In this document: positions 35,327 through 45,839 of the stretch, one piece after another
Layout of the letters: each line of letters opens with the position of its first letter
Numbering within the stretch: position 1 is the first letter of the stretch
Assembly: GCA_964582295.1 (NCBI GenBank)
Contig: CAZOQP010000002.1
Coordinates: forward strand, 8,563 to 72,562
DNA length: 64,000 bases
Source of the DNA: an uncultured Candidatus Saccharibacteria bacterium
GTDB lineage: Bacteria > Patescibacteriota > Minisyncoccia > Phycocordibacterales > Zambryskibacteraceae
Reading direction: 5' to 3'
Translations under genes and position numbers: made by a program
Notes under the pieces: model-generated
Database searches by the model: none
Seen by the model: only the letters and a program-made list of their open reading frames with translations
Told to the model about the DNA's origin: nothing

Positions 35327-36229
35327 ATGTCAGCTGAACTTGAAACCACACACATATCAGTTCTTTTACAGGAAACCATAGAACTTTTAGCGCTCGCGCC
35401 GGGCCAGACAGTGCTAGACGGCACAGCTGGGGGAGGAGGGCATGCGGAGGCCATTGCGAAAGCAATTTCACCCTCAGGCACCCTTATTGCGCTTGATGTT
35501 GATCCATATGCGCTCGAGAGAGCTGAAGCACGTCTGAAAGGTACGGGAGTAAAGCTTCTCACGGAGAATACGAATTTTCGTGAGACATCCCGAGCGCTCT
35601 CTCGTCTCGGTATCTCTCATGTGGATCGCATTCTTCTTGATCTCGGCTTCTCAAGCGATCAGATGGATTCATCCGGCAGGGGATTCTCATTCAAGGGGGA
35701 TGAACCACTCTTCATGACATTGAAGCCCAATGCGCAAACGACCGCCATGGATTTCGTGAATACAGAAAGCGAAGAGGAGATAAGGCGGGCGTTAAAAGAA
35801 TATGGGGAAGAATCTTTTGCTAGGGCTATTGCAGAGGAGATAGTGAAAACACGGAAGAACGGCATCATAAGCCGCACAGGAGAGCTTGTAGATGTGGTTA
35901 TGCGGGCGACGCCAAGCTGGTATCACAAAAAGAAGATACATCCGGCCACCAAAACCTTCCAAGCCATCCGCATTGCTGTGAACGATGAGCTAGGGGCGCT
36001 TGAAAGCTTTCTTTCTTCGGCGCCCGCACTCCTTTCGTCTCACGGGCGGCTCGCTATCATCACCTTCCATTCGCTTGAAGACAGGATAGTCAAAAAAGAA
36101 TTCGCTAAGTGGGAAGAAGAGGGCAAGGTAAAGCTCATAAATAAGAAAGTGGTAACGCCTAGTCGCGAGGAGATCCTTAAAAACCGACGGTCGAGAAGTG
36201 CGAAGCTCCGAGTGTGCGAGTTCATTTAA
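35327..36229 (+). CDS. rsmH: 16S rRNA (cytosine1402-N4)-methyltransferase RsmH (MraW)
   Basis: HISVLLQE...VLDGTAGGGGHA SAM-binding motif. dcw position after mraZ. Confidence 0.9.
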   Translation: MSAELETTHISVLLQETIELLALAPGQTVLDGTAGGGGHAEAIAKAISPSGTLIALDVDPYALERAEARLKGTGVKLLTENTNFRETSRALSRLGISHVDRILLDLGFSSDQMDSSGRGFSFKGDEPLFMTLKPNAQTTAMDFVNTESEEEIRRALKEYGEESFARAIAEEIVKTRKNGIISRTGELVDVVMRATPSWYHKKKIHPATKTFQAIRIAVNDELGALESFLSSAPALLSSHGRLAIITFHSLEDRIVKKEFAKWEEEGKVKLINKKVVTPSREEILKNRRSRSAKLRVCEFI

Positions 36230-36233
36230 AACA

Positions 36234-36569
36234 ATGACAAAAGCAATTGTAGCTATACAACATTCAGTCAGGCATTCAAGAGCGTTTGGAAGCTATATGC
36301 TTGTTTTTGCGGCGGCTTTTTTGATGCTTTATGTCTCCTCCATCTTTTCCATAGTCAAGAACACAGCTATCCGCCAGCAGGCAGAGGCCGAGAGCACCCG
36401 GCTTTCAAGTGTGGTAGGGGATCTTGAATTTTCATACATCGCTCTTAAGGGAAGTATTAGCCCCGAGAGTGTTTCTGTGGCTGGCCTCTCTCCGGTTACA
36501 GAACTTTCATATGTATCACGCGCATCCCTTCAAACAGCTCTCGCCATCCCTACTTCTCGCGCGCAATAA
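36234..36569 (+). CDS. ftsL: putative cell division protein FtsL-like (single TM plus coiled coil)
   Basis: Position between rsmH and ftsI. One TM (LVFAAAFLMLYVSSIF) followed by a short helical region. Start chosen at MTKAIV downstream of the rsmH stop. Confidence 0.4.
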   Translation: MTKAIVAIQHSVRHSRAFGSYMLVFAAAFLMLYVSSIFSIVKNTAIRQQAEAESTRLSSVVGDLEFSYIALKGSISPESVSVAGLSPVTELSYVSRASLQTALAIPTSRAQ

Positions 36570-36584
36570 TGAGATAATAGGAAA

Positions 36585-38297
36585 ATGCTTTCGTACAAAG
36601 GAAGGATAAGACTCTTTTCTATCCTAATTTTCTGCTTCGCTCTGCTTTTGATAGGCCGTCTTTACATCGTCCAGATCGTGAACGGAAGTGATTTTCTATC
36701 GCAGGCGGACAGGCAGTATGTGCGCTCCACTTACGATTATTATGATCGCGGTTCCATATTTTTTGAGACCAAGGATGGCGATATTGTTTCTGCCGCCACT
36801 CTCAAGAGCGGTTTTATTTTGACCGTTCACCCCGATGAAGCGGGAGATGCCACTGCGACATGCCTGGTTTTGGAAGGTATTGTTTCCTTGGATCGTACGG
36901 AATGCATTTCAAAAGTTTCTAAAAAAGGCGACCCGGAGGAACGCCTGGCGAACCGTCTTAACAAAGATACCGCAGATAAAATAAGCGCTTTAGGTCTGCC
37001 TGGCATTCACTTGGTTCAGGAGCGCTGGCGCTTTTACCCGGGAGGGGAAGCTGCAGCCCATGCCGTGGGCTTCATCGGCTACGACAAGAACGATGATGTA
37101 TCAGGACGCTACGGCCTTGAGCGCTTTTATGAAGATACTCTCGGCCGAAACAACAAAGAGGTTTATGCGAATTTTTTCGTGGAAGTTTTCAGCGGCATTA
37201 AAAAAGTGCTTTCAAGCGAAGAAGAACTTGAGGGAGATATCGTGACGACTATAGAGCCGTCGGTTGAATCTTTCCTGGAGAAAAAACTTGGAGAAGTGCA
37301 GGCCGCATATTCATCCGATTACTCGGGCGGGATAATTATGGATCCTTATACGGGTGAGATATATGCAATGGCTATCGTCCCTACATTTGACCCGAACGAC
37401 CTGAAGAAAGAAAAGTCAGTTGATGTTTTTCAGAACAAGTTGGTGGAGAACGTTTTTGAAATGGGCTCTATCATAAAACCGCTCACCATGGCCGCGGCCC
37501 TTGATGTTGGGGCGATAACTCCTAAAACCACTTATTACGATGCCGGCTCTGTTGTTTTGGACGGTAAAAAAATATCCAACTTTGACGGCAGGGGCCGCGG
37601 CACCGCAACAATGCAGGATGTTCTCAATAATTCATTGAACACAGGGATGGTTTTTGTGATGCAGAAGATGGGCTCTAAAACATTTGCTGAATATATGAAA
37701 AATTATGGCCTGGGACAGGAAACGGGAATTGACCTGCCCAATGAAATTCACGGCCTCATTGATAACCTCAACAGCCCCCGGGAAGTTGAATATGCCACAG
37801 CCGCTTTCGGCCAAGGTATTGCCCTTACTCCTTTTGCAACTATCCGCGCCTTAGCTGCACTCGGCAATGGCGGTGTATTACCCGACCCTCATTTGGTGAA
37901 GAAAATAAATTACCGCCTGGGAGGGGGTAAAAGTGTCACTCCTAATCCGGAGAACCGGGTGTTGAAAACAGAAACATCTGAAACCATCACCGGCATGCTC
38001 GTGAAAGTGGTGGACGAAGCGCTTTTAGGAGGAAGCGTGAAGATACCAGATCATTCGGTGGCAGCAAAAACAGGTACTGCCCAAGTGGTGAAAGACGGCT
38101 CGTATTCCGAAGATCGCTATCTCCACTCTTTTTTCGGATATTTTCCGGCGTATCATCCGCGTTTTATAGTTTTTCTTTTCACTATGCATCCGAAAGGAGT
38201 TAAATATGCTTCGGAAACCCTCACTCATCCGTTTATGGATATAACCAAATTCCTGATAAACTACTACGAAATACCTCCCGATCGTGGAACCATATAA
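36585..38297 (+). CDS. ftsI: penicillin-binding protein, class B transpeptidase (FtsI/PBP3-like)
   Basis: N-terminal TM, SxxK (GSIIKP), SxN (SLNTG), KTGTAQ. dcw position. Confidence 0.85.
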   Translation: MLSYKGRIRLFSILIFCFALLLIGRLYIVQIVNGSDFLSQADRQYVRSTYDYYDRGSIFFETKDGDIVSAATLKSGFILTVHPDEAGDATATCLVLEGIVSLDRTECISKVSKKGDPEERLANRLNKDTADKISALGLPGIHLVQERWRFYPGGEAAAHAVGFIGYDKNDDVSGRYGLERFYEDTLGRNNKEVYANFFVEVFSGIKKVLSSEEELEGDIVTTIEPSVESFLEKKLGEVQAAYSSDYSGGIIMDPYTGEIYAMAIVPTFDPNDLKKEKSVDVFQNKLVENVFEMGSIIKPLTMAAALDVGAITPKTTYYDAGSVVLDGKKISNFDGRGRGTATMQDVLNNSLNTGMVFVMQKMGSKTFAEYMKNYGLGQETGIDLPNEIHGLIDNLNSPREVEYATAAFGQGIALTPFATIRALAALGNGGVLPDPHLVKKINYRLGGGKSVTPNPENRVLKTETSETITGMLVKVVDEALLGGSVKIPDHSVAAKTGTAQVVKDGSYSEDRYLHSFFGYFPAYHPRFIVFLFTMHPKGVKYASETLTHPFMDITKFLINYYEIPPDRGTI

Positions 38298-38302
38298 AGA
38301 AA

Positions 38303-39607
38303 ATGCTGAAAGATATATTTAAGAGGATAGTGGTGTGGAAGCTCACATGGCTTGCAAAAAAAGTCCTTGCAAAATACAACCCCAGGATAATTGCCGTTAC
38401 CGGCTCGGTGGGAAAGACGGGGACCAAGGACGCTATTTTCGCAGCTATTGCGCCGCGTTTTAATGTGCGGAAGAGCGAAAAAAGCTTCAACAGTGAGATA
38501 GGTATTCCTCTGACTATTCTCGGATGCGGCAATGCCTGGGCCAATCCGATATTGTGGATAGATAATTTTTTGCACGGCCTGCATCTTCTTCTTGTGCGAG
38601 CCGATTACCCGGACTGGCTGGTACTTGAAGTGGGGGCAGACAGGCCAGGTGATATTCAAAGTGTTTCCGAATGGCTTGCTCCGGATATAGTGGTCATTAC
38701 CCGTATTCCCAAAGTGCCTGTGCATGTGGAATATTTTTCATCACCCTTTGATGTTTCTCGCGAGAAAATGTTCCTTGCGAAAGCCTTGAAGCAAGACGGT
38801 GTTTTAATACTTAATGCGGATGACGAAGATGTGATGCTTCTGGGTGCGGAAATTGAAAGAAAAAAAGTAACGTACGGGGTTTTTAAAGACGCGGATGTTG
38901 AAGCGGGGGATATTCTGGTGAGATCTGAAGTAATAAATAAAGCGGACCTACCTACTGGTATTACCTTTGAAATAAGAACTGGCGGGGGAAGGGCCGATGT
39001 TTCCGTGAACGGCGTGGTAGGGGCTCAAACACCCCTTTCCGCGGCCGCGGCGGCTGCTGTAGGCATAGAGATGGGGCTTTCTCTTGGAGAGGTAGCAGAC
39101 AATTTGAAAGGACTTGAAACTCCTACAGGAAGAATGCGGATTATACGGGGCGTAAAAGACACTACGATAATAGATGATACGTATAATTCCTCTCCTTCGG
39201 CAGTTGAAGCAGCACTTGAAGCTTTAAATGCTATAACTGTGAGCGGTAGAAAAATAGCGGTGCTCGGGGATATGCTTGAGCTCGGAAGATTTTCCATAGA
39301 TGAGCATAAACGCATCGGTGCGGAGGTTGCGAAAATAGCGGACATCCTTGTAACGATCGGCGTACGTGCGCGCGGTATGGCAGAGGGGGCTCTTCAGTCC
39401 CGCAGAGCCGGGAAAAAAATATTTCAATATGAAGATCCGAGGGCGGCAGGAAGGGAGATTGAGCAGATGCTCAAAGCCGGTGACATCATTTTAGTGAAAG
39501 GTTCCCAAGGTGCCCGCACGGAAAAATTTGTTGAAGAGATAATGGCAGAACCCGAGCGAAAAGGAGAACTCTTGGTCCGTCAATCTAAAGAGTGGGTTTA
39601 TCGCTAG
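38303..39607 (+). CDS. murF: Mur ligase family protein, most likely UDP-MurNAc-tripeptide--D-Ala-D-Ala ligase MurF
   Basis: P-loop IIAVTGSVGKTGTKDAI and the DDTYNSSPSAVEAAL C-terminal domain motif. I cannot exclude murE by eye. Confidence 0.7.
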   Translation: MLKDIFKRIVVWKLTWLAKKVLAKYNPRIIAVTGSVGKTGTKDAIFAAIAPRFNVRKSEKSFNSEIGIPLTILGCGNAWANPILWIDNFLHGLHLLLVRADYPDWLVLEVGADRPGDIQSVSEWLAPDIVVITRIPKVPVHVEYFSSPFDVSREKMFLAKALKQDGVLILNADDEDVMLLGAEIERKKVTYGVFKDADVEAGDILVRSEVINKADLPTGITFEIRTGGGRADVSVNGVVGAQTPLSAAAAAAVGIEMGLSLGEVADNLKGLETPTGRMRIIRGVKDTTIIDDTYNSSPSAVEAALEALNAITVSGRKIAVLGDMLELGRFSIDEHKRIGAEVAKIADILVTIGVRARGMAEGALQSRRAGKKIFQYEDPRAAGREIEQMLKAGDIILVKGSQGARTEKFVEEIMAEPERKGELLVRQSKEWVYR

Positions 39608-39665
39608 GTGGGTTTTACAGGCCCGAGGGAGAGTGATAGGGTGATGCCAGAACACCCTATTTAGG

Positions 39666-42600
39666 GTGATGGTTATTTGTAAACCACTTAAGAAAACACA
39701 CAAAAAGGAGCTTCACGTGCTTACTCGTTTGTATCGTCAGATGAAGGATGGCCTGGAGTACTGTTTCTATATTGAGACAGAGGAAGGGTTGTCTGCAGAA
39801 ATGTTGGAAAAGATCACCTGGCTTATCCAGGAGACGTTCGAACCATTGTCAGCTAGACCGCTATCATTTTTTGCTTCAGAAGAAAAAGTGGTGGAAATAG
39901 GTCCTCGGATTTCGATCGAAACGCCTCTCTCTTCTAACGCAGTTTCGATCTGCCGTGCAATGGGAATCCCGCAGATAACTCGTATTGAGCGTTCTCGCCG
40001 CCATGCTGTTCGTAAAAATGGGGTTGAGCCCGTTATGGACCGCATGACAGAAGAAATATACACGTGCGGGCTCGAGAACTTTGATACCGGTATTACGCCG
40101 GAAGGTGTTAGGACGATCAATGTCATGAGGCGTGGAAAAACCGCTCTTGAAGAGATCAACACTGCCCTTGGGCTCGGGATGGATGCTCACGACATTGAGT
40201 ATTACTATCGTCTCTTTTCAGAAGTTCTGAAAAGAGATCCGACCGATGTTGAACTGTTCCAACTCGGCAATGCTAACAGCGAGCACAGCCGGCACTGGTA
40301 TTTCAAGGGACAAATTGTCATTGATGGAGTAGAGATGGATCGGACTCTCATGGATATAGTCCAAAGTCCGCTCCAGAGTATGGAAAATCTAGGATGTAGT
40401 CTGGTTGCCTTCCGAGACAATGCGGGGGTCATTATTGGCCCCACACCCGTGGTGACTGTTCTTGTACCGGAAATACCCGGCAAATGTTCGGAGCTTGTAC
40501 TCCACAGGAGGATCGTGGATATCACCTGTACTGCAGAGACGCATAACCATCCGACGTTCGTTGCACCTTTTCCAGGCGCCCAAACGGGTTCCGGTGGAAG
40601 GATACGCGACAACACTGCGGTTGGTCGCGGCGGCATTACAGGGATAGGTGCTGCCGGATATTTTGTAGGCAATCTTTTCATTCCTGGATATGAAATTCCG
40701 GGAGAAGTTGTCGGCAAAGACAAGCCATCTAGATACGCTTCGCCCCTCTCTATTCTCATTGAGGGTTCAAACGGCGTATCAAGCTACGGCAACCAGTTCG
40801 GAGAACCGCTTACTTTGGGGTTCACCAGAACTTTCGGGCAGATGGTGGATGGTGAGTGGCGCGAACCACGCAAACCCATCCTCTATAGTGGCGGTGTCGG
40901 TCATTTGTTTGGCGAACACGTCACGAAGGAGGCACCTGAAGTCGGAATGCTTATCGTACGTATTGGTGGCCCCGCATATCCTATTGGGGTAGGCGGAGGC
41001 AGCGCATCAAGCATGATGCAAGGTCAAAATACCGAAGCGCTTGATTTCAATTCCGTTCAGCGTGGAAATGCTGAGATGGAAAATCGAGCTAATCGGGTTA
41101 TTCGGGCCTGTGCGGAAATGGGAAATGAAAATCCTATTTCAAGCATTCACGATCAAGGTGCGGGTGGTCCAAGCAATGTTTTGACGGAACTCATGGAGCC
41201 GCTTGGCGGTACCATAGATATCTGGAAAATCGTTCTTGGCGACAAAACGATGTCGGTACTGCAGATATGGAGTGCTGAATTCCAGGAAGGATACGGACTG
41301 CTGGTGAGGCCGGAAAATATCGGACTCTTTCAGTCAGTCTGTAAGAGAGAACGTGTCAATTGCGAAGTTCTGGGAGTCATAGATGGCGGCGGAAAAGTTG
41401 TCGTTGAAGACTCTCAAAATGGAACAAAGCCCGTCGATCTCAATCTGGAGCAAATTCTCACGAATATGCCCCGGAAAACATTCAAGACAAACTGGCGTCT
41501 GAGAGATCTCAAACCTCTGGCTCTGCCGGAAATGGGTGTGGGGGAAGCGATAGAAAAAGTTTTCAAACTCCCCTCGGTAGGTTCAAAAGGATTCCTTGTC
41601 CATAAAGTGGACAGGAGCGTGACTGGTCTTGTCGCACAGCAGCAATGCTGCGGTATTGCTCAGATCCCGATATCGAATGTGAGCATCAATGCGCAGAGTC
41701 ATTTCGATATGACTGGAGCGGCAAGTGCACTCGGCGAGCAGCCAATCAAGATGCTCATTGATCCGAAAGCTGGAGCCAGAATGGCGGTAGGAGAAATGCT
41801 TACCAATATGGCTTCCGCTAGGATAACGGATATCGTTGATATCCGTTGCCGTGCGAACTGGATGTGGCCCGCGAAGCTTCCTCACGAAGGCGCCCTCCTC
41901 TATGATGCCGCAGTTGCGATGTCCGATCTTATGATCGAACTTGGTATTGCGGTTGACGGAGGAAAGGACAGTCTTTCAATGGCCGCGGATGTATCGGGAG
42001 AAATTGTAAAAGCTCCTGGCAGTCTTGTGGTCAAGGGATACGCGCCTGTTGCTGATATCATAAAAAAGCTTACACCCGACATTAAAAAAGCGGGGCAGAG
42101 CTTGCTTGTACTGTTAGATCTCGGGCAGGGTAAAAATCGCCTTGGCGGTTCAGCCCTCGCCCAAGCATTTGATCAGCTTGGCAACGAAACACCCGATGTT
42201 GATACTCCAAGGCTCCTCAAGAATGCATTTCTTGCGGTGCAAAGGATGATAGACGAAGGATTAGTACTTGCTTTGCATGACAGAAGCGACGGGGGTCTCA
42301 TAACTGCCGTTGCCGAGATGTGTATGGCGAGCCGGTGCGGGTTTTCTCTCCGGGTATCAACTCGTGAAAATGTGCTAACGGAGTTGTTTTCCGAGGAACT
42401 GGGTTTTGTCATGGAGGTGGAGAAAGGATGTTATTCGCAACTTGAAAATGTTGCGGATGCTTTCGATCTCCAAATGACAATAATCGGCCAGACTGTGAGT
42501 AATTCGCTTTGCACTATCAGCACAGAGAAAGAATCGTTGTTCCAGAGTGTTATAACGGAACTGCGATATTGGTGGGAATCCACAAGTGCAAAAATTGAAG

Positions 42601-43547
42601 AACTCCAGATGGATCCCGGATGTGCGAAGGCAGAGTATTGCCGGCATCAAAGTCAGCTTTATCGGGATGGTAATACTGCTCCATCGTACAAGCTCACCTT
42701 TGAGCCGATATGGACTTCCCCGGAAATTCTGAATGCTTCGGATAACCCACGCGTGGCAATTGTGCGCGAGGAAGGAACGAACGGAGATAGGGAAATGTCG
42801 TCTGCTTTCAAGGCGGCAGGACTTCGTCCTTACGACATCAATATGGAAGATCTCCTGTCGGGCGACGCGAATCTGGATACATTCCAGGGCATCGTTTTTC
42901 CCGGAGGGTTCTCCTATATGGATGTATGTGACAGCGCCAAAGGCTGGGCCGGAGCCATCCGCTTCAATGACAAGCTCCGTCGAATGTTCGACCGTTTCTG
43001 TGCAAGAGAGGATACTTTCTCGCTCGGTGTGTGCAATGGTGCACAGCTCATGGCGTTACTCGGATGGGTTCCGCAGAAGGGGATTGAGGAGGAAAAACAA
43101 CCGAGATTCATTCATAATGTTTCCGGCAGGTTTGAATCCCGGTGGGCACAGGTAGAAATCCTGCCGAGCCCAGCCATCCTTTTTTCTGGGATGGAAGGGT
43201 CACGGCTCGGTGTGTGGGTGGCACATGGTGAAGGTCAACTAGTCTATCCTGATCAGTTGATCGGGGAAGAGGTGATGAAGAATAACCTTGCACCACTCGC
43301 CTACATAGACCCGCATGGTAATCCGACAGGGGAGTATCCGTACAACCCGAACGGTTCACCAGGAGGGATAACGGCACTCTGTTCGCCGGACGGCCGTCAT
43401 CTTGCGATGATGCCCCATCCGGAAAGATGTTTTCTCAAGTGGCAGTGGCCGTATATGCCACAAGAGTGGAATGATCGCCTGGAGACTTCTCCATGGCTCA
43501 AGATGTTTCAGAATGCCCGAAGTTGGGCACTGGCGCATCGGGGCTAA
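39666..43547 (+). CDS. purL: phosphoribosylformylglycinamidine synthase, single-chain large form (PurL with C-terminal glutaminase domain)
   Basis: 1293 aa. Duplicated PurM-like AIRS domains and a C-terminal class I glutamine amidotransferase region (..GVCNGAQLM.., ..HPER). Confidence 0.9.
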   Translation: MMVICKPLKKTHKKELHVLTRLYRQMKDGLEYCFYIETEEGLSAEMLEKITWLIQETFEPLSARPLSFFASEEKVVEIGPRISIETPLSSNAVSICRAMGIPQITRIERSRRHAVRKNGVEPVMDRMTEEIYTCGLENFDTGITPEGVRTINVMRRGKTALEEINTALGLGMDAHDIEYYYRLFSEVLKRDPTDVELFQLGNANSEHSRHWYFKGQIVIDGVEMDRTLMDIVQSPLQSMENLGCSLVAFRDNAGVIIGPTPVVTVLVPEIPGKCSELVLHRRIVDITCTAETHNHPTFVAPFPGAQTGSGGRIRDNTAVGRGGITGIGAAGYFVGNLFIPGYEIPGEVVGKDKPSRYASPLSILIEGSNGVSSYGNQFGEPLTLGFTRTFGQMVDGEWREPRKPILYSGGVGHLFGEHVTKEAPEVGMLIVRIGGPAYPIGVGGGSASSMMQGQNTEALDFNSVQRGNAEMENRANRVIRACAEMGNENPISSIHDQGAGGPSNVLTELMEPLGGTIDIWKIVLGDKTMSVLQIWSAEFQEGYGLLVRPENIGLFQSVCKRERVNCEVLGVIDGGGKVVVEDSQNGTKPVDLNLEQILTNMPRKTFKTNWRLRDLKPLALPEMGVGEAIEKVFKLPSVGSKGFLVHKVDRSVTGLVAQQQCCGIAQIPISNVSINAQSHFDMTGAASALGEQPIKMLIDPKAGARMAVGEMLTNMASARITDIVDIRCRANWMWPAKLPHEGALLYDAAVAMSDLMIELGIAVDGGKDSLSMAADVSGEIVKAPGSLVVKGYAPVADIIKKLTPDIKKAGQSLLVLLDLGQGKNRLGGSALAQAFDQLGNETPDVDTPRLLKNAFLAVQRMIDEGLVLALHDRSDGGLITAVAEMCMASRCGFSLRVSTRENVLTELFSEELGFVMEVEKGCYSQLENVADAFDLQMTIIGQTVSNSLCTISTEKESLFQSVITELRYWWESTSAKIEELQMDPGCAKAEYCRHQSQLYRDGNTAPSYKLTFEPIWTSPEILNASDNPRVAIVREEGTNGDREMSSAFKAAGLRPYDINMEDLLSGDANLDTFQGIVFPGGFSYMDVCDSAKGWAGAIRFNDKLRRMFDRFCAREDTFSLGVCNGAQLMALLGWVPQKGIEEEKQPRFIHNVSGRFESRWAQVEILPSPAILFSGMEGSRLGVWVAHGEGQLVYPDQLIGEEVMKNNLAPLAYIDPHGNPTGEYPYNPNGSPGGITALCSPDGRHLAMMPHPERCFLKWQWPYMPQEWNDRLETSPWLKMFQNARSWALAHRG

Positions 43548-43563
43548 AGGCGATGCTTTACTA

Positions 43564-43596
43564 AAAGCTCCCGTTCTAGTGAACGGGAGCTTTTTC
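43564..43596 (+). terminator. intrinsic terminator of purL
   Basis: aaagctcccgttc-tagtg-aacgggagcttt then ttcg. Confidence 0.6.
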
Positions 43597-43599
43597 GTG

Positions 43600-43635
43600 C
43601 AACAAAACAGCTCGTCGCGAGTAGCGACGAGCTGT
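43600..43635 (-). terminator. intrinsic terminator of purM (convergent)
   Basis: cagctcgtcgc-gagta-gcgacgagctg, followed on the minus strand by ttttgttg. Confidence 0.5.
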
Positions 43636-43650
43636 GAACAATACGAACGT

Positions 43651-44784
43651 TTAACGCACGGCGAGTGTTTCGGCGGAGAATTCCAGATTTTCCGGTCGAA
43701 TGACAACTTTCTTCACTTTACTCTTCTCAATGTAGCCAGCATGTGTAACGGCATACTCAAATCCGGCAGTCTCACGGGCAACCCTCAATACTTTTTTGAC
43801 GTCTCGTGCGGGAACATAAAGTGCAAAACCTGCTCCCATATTGAAGTTCCCGTACATCTCCCTGTTACTGATCCGCCCGCTCTTTTGAATGAATCGAAAA
43901 ATATGCAGATCTGGTGGCATCTTTTCGATTACATAAGAGAAACTCCCGGGAGCTCGCATGAGCTTTCGCCATCCGTGACCAGTTATATTCACGGCATAGT
44001 GTATGTTCACCCCTGCTGTCAGACAATTTTCAACAAGAGGAACATAGATGCGAGTGGGTTTCAGAAGCACTTCCCCGTAGGTACCCCCGTCGCTGAATGG
44101 GGTCAGATATTTCTTGGGAAGTTTTTCCGCGATCTCTCGTGCGAGAGTCAGGCCATTTGCATGAATGCCCGAACTTTCTACAAGAAGGATCGCATCACCG
44201 TCCCGAATATTTGCAGGGTTGATTAGCCGCTTTTTATCAGTGATGATCCCAACAGTTGCGCCTGCAAGGTCTGCTGTTCCGGGAACGATGATGCCCTTGA
44301 GTGTGGGTGTTTCTCCACCACCCCACACTGCGCCAGCTATATCACATGCGTTTCGAGTGCCATTGATCAGACTCTGCCCCCGGCCTTTATCATCGAACCA
44401 TTCTGATTCTCCGACGGCCAGATACTGGCCGTATATGAGTGGAGAGGCGCCAACAGTGATGAGATCGTTGAAGGCCATAGCGGCATTACATTGCGCCACA
44501 TTGTAGTAAAGAGATCTACCATGGCTTCCTTTCATCTGCATTGCCAGTTGGTAGGCATCGGCAACCAAGTTTTTGGTACCCAATCCTTCAGTGACAAAGG
44601 CAAGGTAGCCGAGCGGTGTCTCCACAACAAAGGCACTTTCTCCTCTGCTCCAAGGAAGGACAGAGCATCCAAACCGGTGTGCATGGTGATTGGTCTCAGT
44701 GGCGGCTTGTTGCGCGTCTGTTTTGAAAGGGTCCATAGAGTTGTAGTCAACTCCAGCTCCTGCATACGTCATCCTTTTTGTCAT
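43651..44784 (-). CDS. purM: phosphoribosylformylglycinamidine cyclo-ligase (AIR synthetase) PurM-like
   Basis: AIRS/PurM-family signatures (..AGAGVDY.., GGGETPTLKG, NITGHGW, EMYGNFNMGAGF). Other AIRS-family members (HypE, SelD, ThiL) are not fully excluded. Confidence 0.7.
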   Translation of the reverse strand: MTKRMTYAGAGVDYNSMDPFKTDAQQAATETNHHAHRFGCSVLPWSRGESAFVVETPLGYLAFVTEGLGTKNLVADAYQLAMQMKGSHGRSLYYNVAQCNAAMAFNDLITVGASPLIYGQYLAVGESEWFDDKGRGQSLINGTRNACDIAGAVWGGGETPTLKGIIVPGTADLAGATVGIITDKKRLINPANIRDGDAILLVESSGIHANGLTLAREIAEKLPKKYLTPFSDGGTYGEVLLKPTRIYVPLVENCLTAGVNIHYAVNITGHGWRKLMRAPGSFSYVIEKMPPDLHIFRFIQKSGRISNREMYGNFNMGAGFALYVPARDVKKVLRVARETAGFEYAVTHAGYIEKSKVKKVVIRPENLEFSAETLAVR

Positions 44785-44876
44785 TTCCGTTGCCTCTGCT
44801 TAGTATTGTGAGAAGTGCTGTTCCAGCGCCGATACTAAAGAAAAATCCCTAAAAAGCAAATTATTAAAAACAACAA

Positions 44877-44906
44877 CGCCTCGTGACCATAAGTGGTCAC
44901 GAGGCG
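44877..44906 (-). terminator. perfect 12-bp-stem hairpin overlapping the stop of the 45289-44897 gene, upstream of purM
   Basis: cgcctcgtgacc-ataagt-ggtcacgaggcg, with ttgttgttttt on the minus strand after it. Confidence 0.4.
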
Positions 44907-45289
44907 TACAAATATGGCTTGAGCGAGTACAGACCTCTTTGAAATCGTGCGGTTGAGAGGAATCGTTCATAGTACCTCTCCCATTCCGGATCGAACTCCC
45001 GGACACAGACGATGAGACCCATGGATTTTCTGATTCTCCGGAGCTCCAGATAATACTGAAGGTCAAGGAGGGTTCTTTTGGATATTCCGAAGATCCCGAA
45101 GTCGTCACATACCTCTATGAGCTTGTGTCGAACCTGCTCTGTTCTTTCTTTTCCCATACACCCTTTTTCGTAGAACTCATAGGGGAGTGCCCGAAACGGA
45201 TTGATGGGGGCATTTCCCTGCGAGGCCACGAACTTCATGATGTCGTCGGTTCGATTAGCCAGGCGCGAAGGAGTGGATGTATAAACCAC
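44897..45289 (-). CDS. hypothetical protein (130 aa)
   Basis: Intact ORF. No recognisable motif. Confidence 0.35.
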   Translation of the reverse strand: MVYTSTPSRLANRTDDIMKFVASQGNAPINPFRALPYEFYEKGCMGKERTEQVRHKLIEVCDDFGIFGISKRTLLDLQYYLELRRIRKSMGLIVCVREFDPEWERYYERFLSTARFQRGLYSLKPYLYAS

Positions 45290-45372
45290 TCTAGGCTCGT
45301 GTACTACTGATTGAAGCGTTCAGGCTCCGGTTAAAGTCCGCGGCTCATCTTATAGAAATTATGAAAAAGTGT

Positions 45373-45699
45373 CTATTTTCGTACCACGAATGAATCCACC
45401 TTTACTGCTCCGTTATCATCTGTTGAGTAGGTAAAATCTGCCACATAAGCTACATGGCCATCTTCATATGCGACGGTACCCGTGCCTGCGTTCGCTTCCA
45501 CTTCCGTTACATAGAATTTGCCCCCGAGCACTTCTTTTTCGGGAGATAATTCTGAAATATTTTGCTTCACATACTCTTCAATGCTTACTCCCTGCAAGGC
45601 CGACTTTGCTTCTCCAGTAAAATTATTCGAAAGAGAAAGGGCATACCCGACAATTCCCGCTATCAGAAGAATCACAGCAATTAAAATAACTTTTTTCAT
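45373..45699 (-). CDS. secreted or membrane-anchored hypothetical protein (108 aa)
   Basis: N-terminal signal/anchor MKKVILIAVILLIAGIVGYA. Confidence 0.4.
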   Translation of the reverse strand: MKKVILIAVILLIAGIVGYALSLSNNFTGEAKSALQGVSIEEYVKQNISELSPEKEVLGGKFYVTEVEANAGTGTVAYEDGHVAYVADFTYSTDDNGAVKVDSFVVRK

Positions 45700-45839
45700 A
45701 TATTCATTATAAACAACGGCGAAAGAAGGTTTGTCTTACTTATACATTAATAGAAAGGGAGTAAATTGAGAAAGACAACAGAAAACCCGCTGCCGATACA
45801 GCCGACAGAAAGTTTCTGTTAGTGGCTCGGGAGCGGGCG

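Noticed and set aside
39608-39665. Possible riboswitch or attenuator upstream of purL (agggtgatgccagaacaccct-atttagggtgatgg)
   Set aside because: Only one short hairpin with a partial repeat of AGGGTGATG. At 58 nt it is far too short and lacks the conserved features of purine or ZTP riboswitches. Left as unassigned leader sequence.
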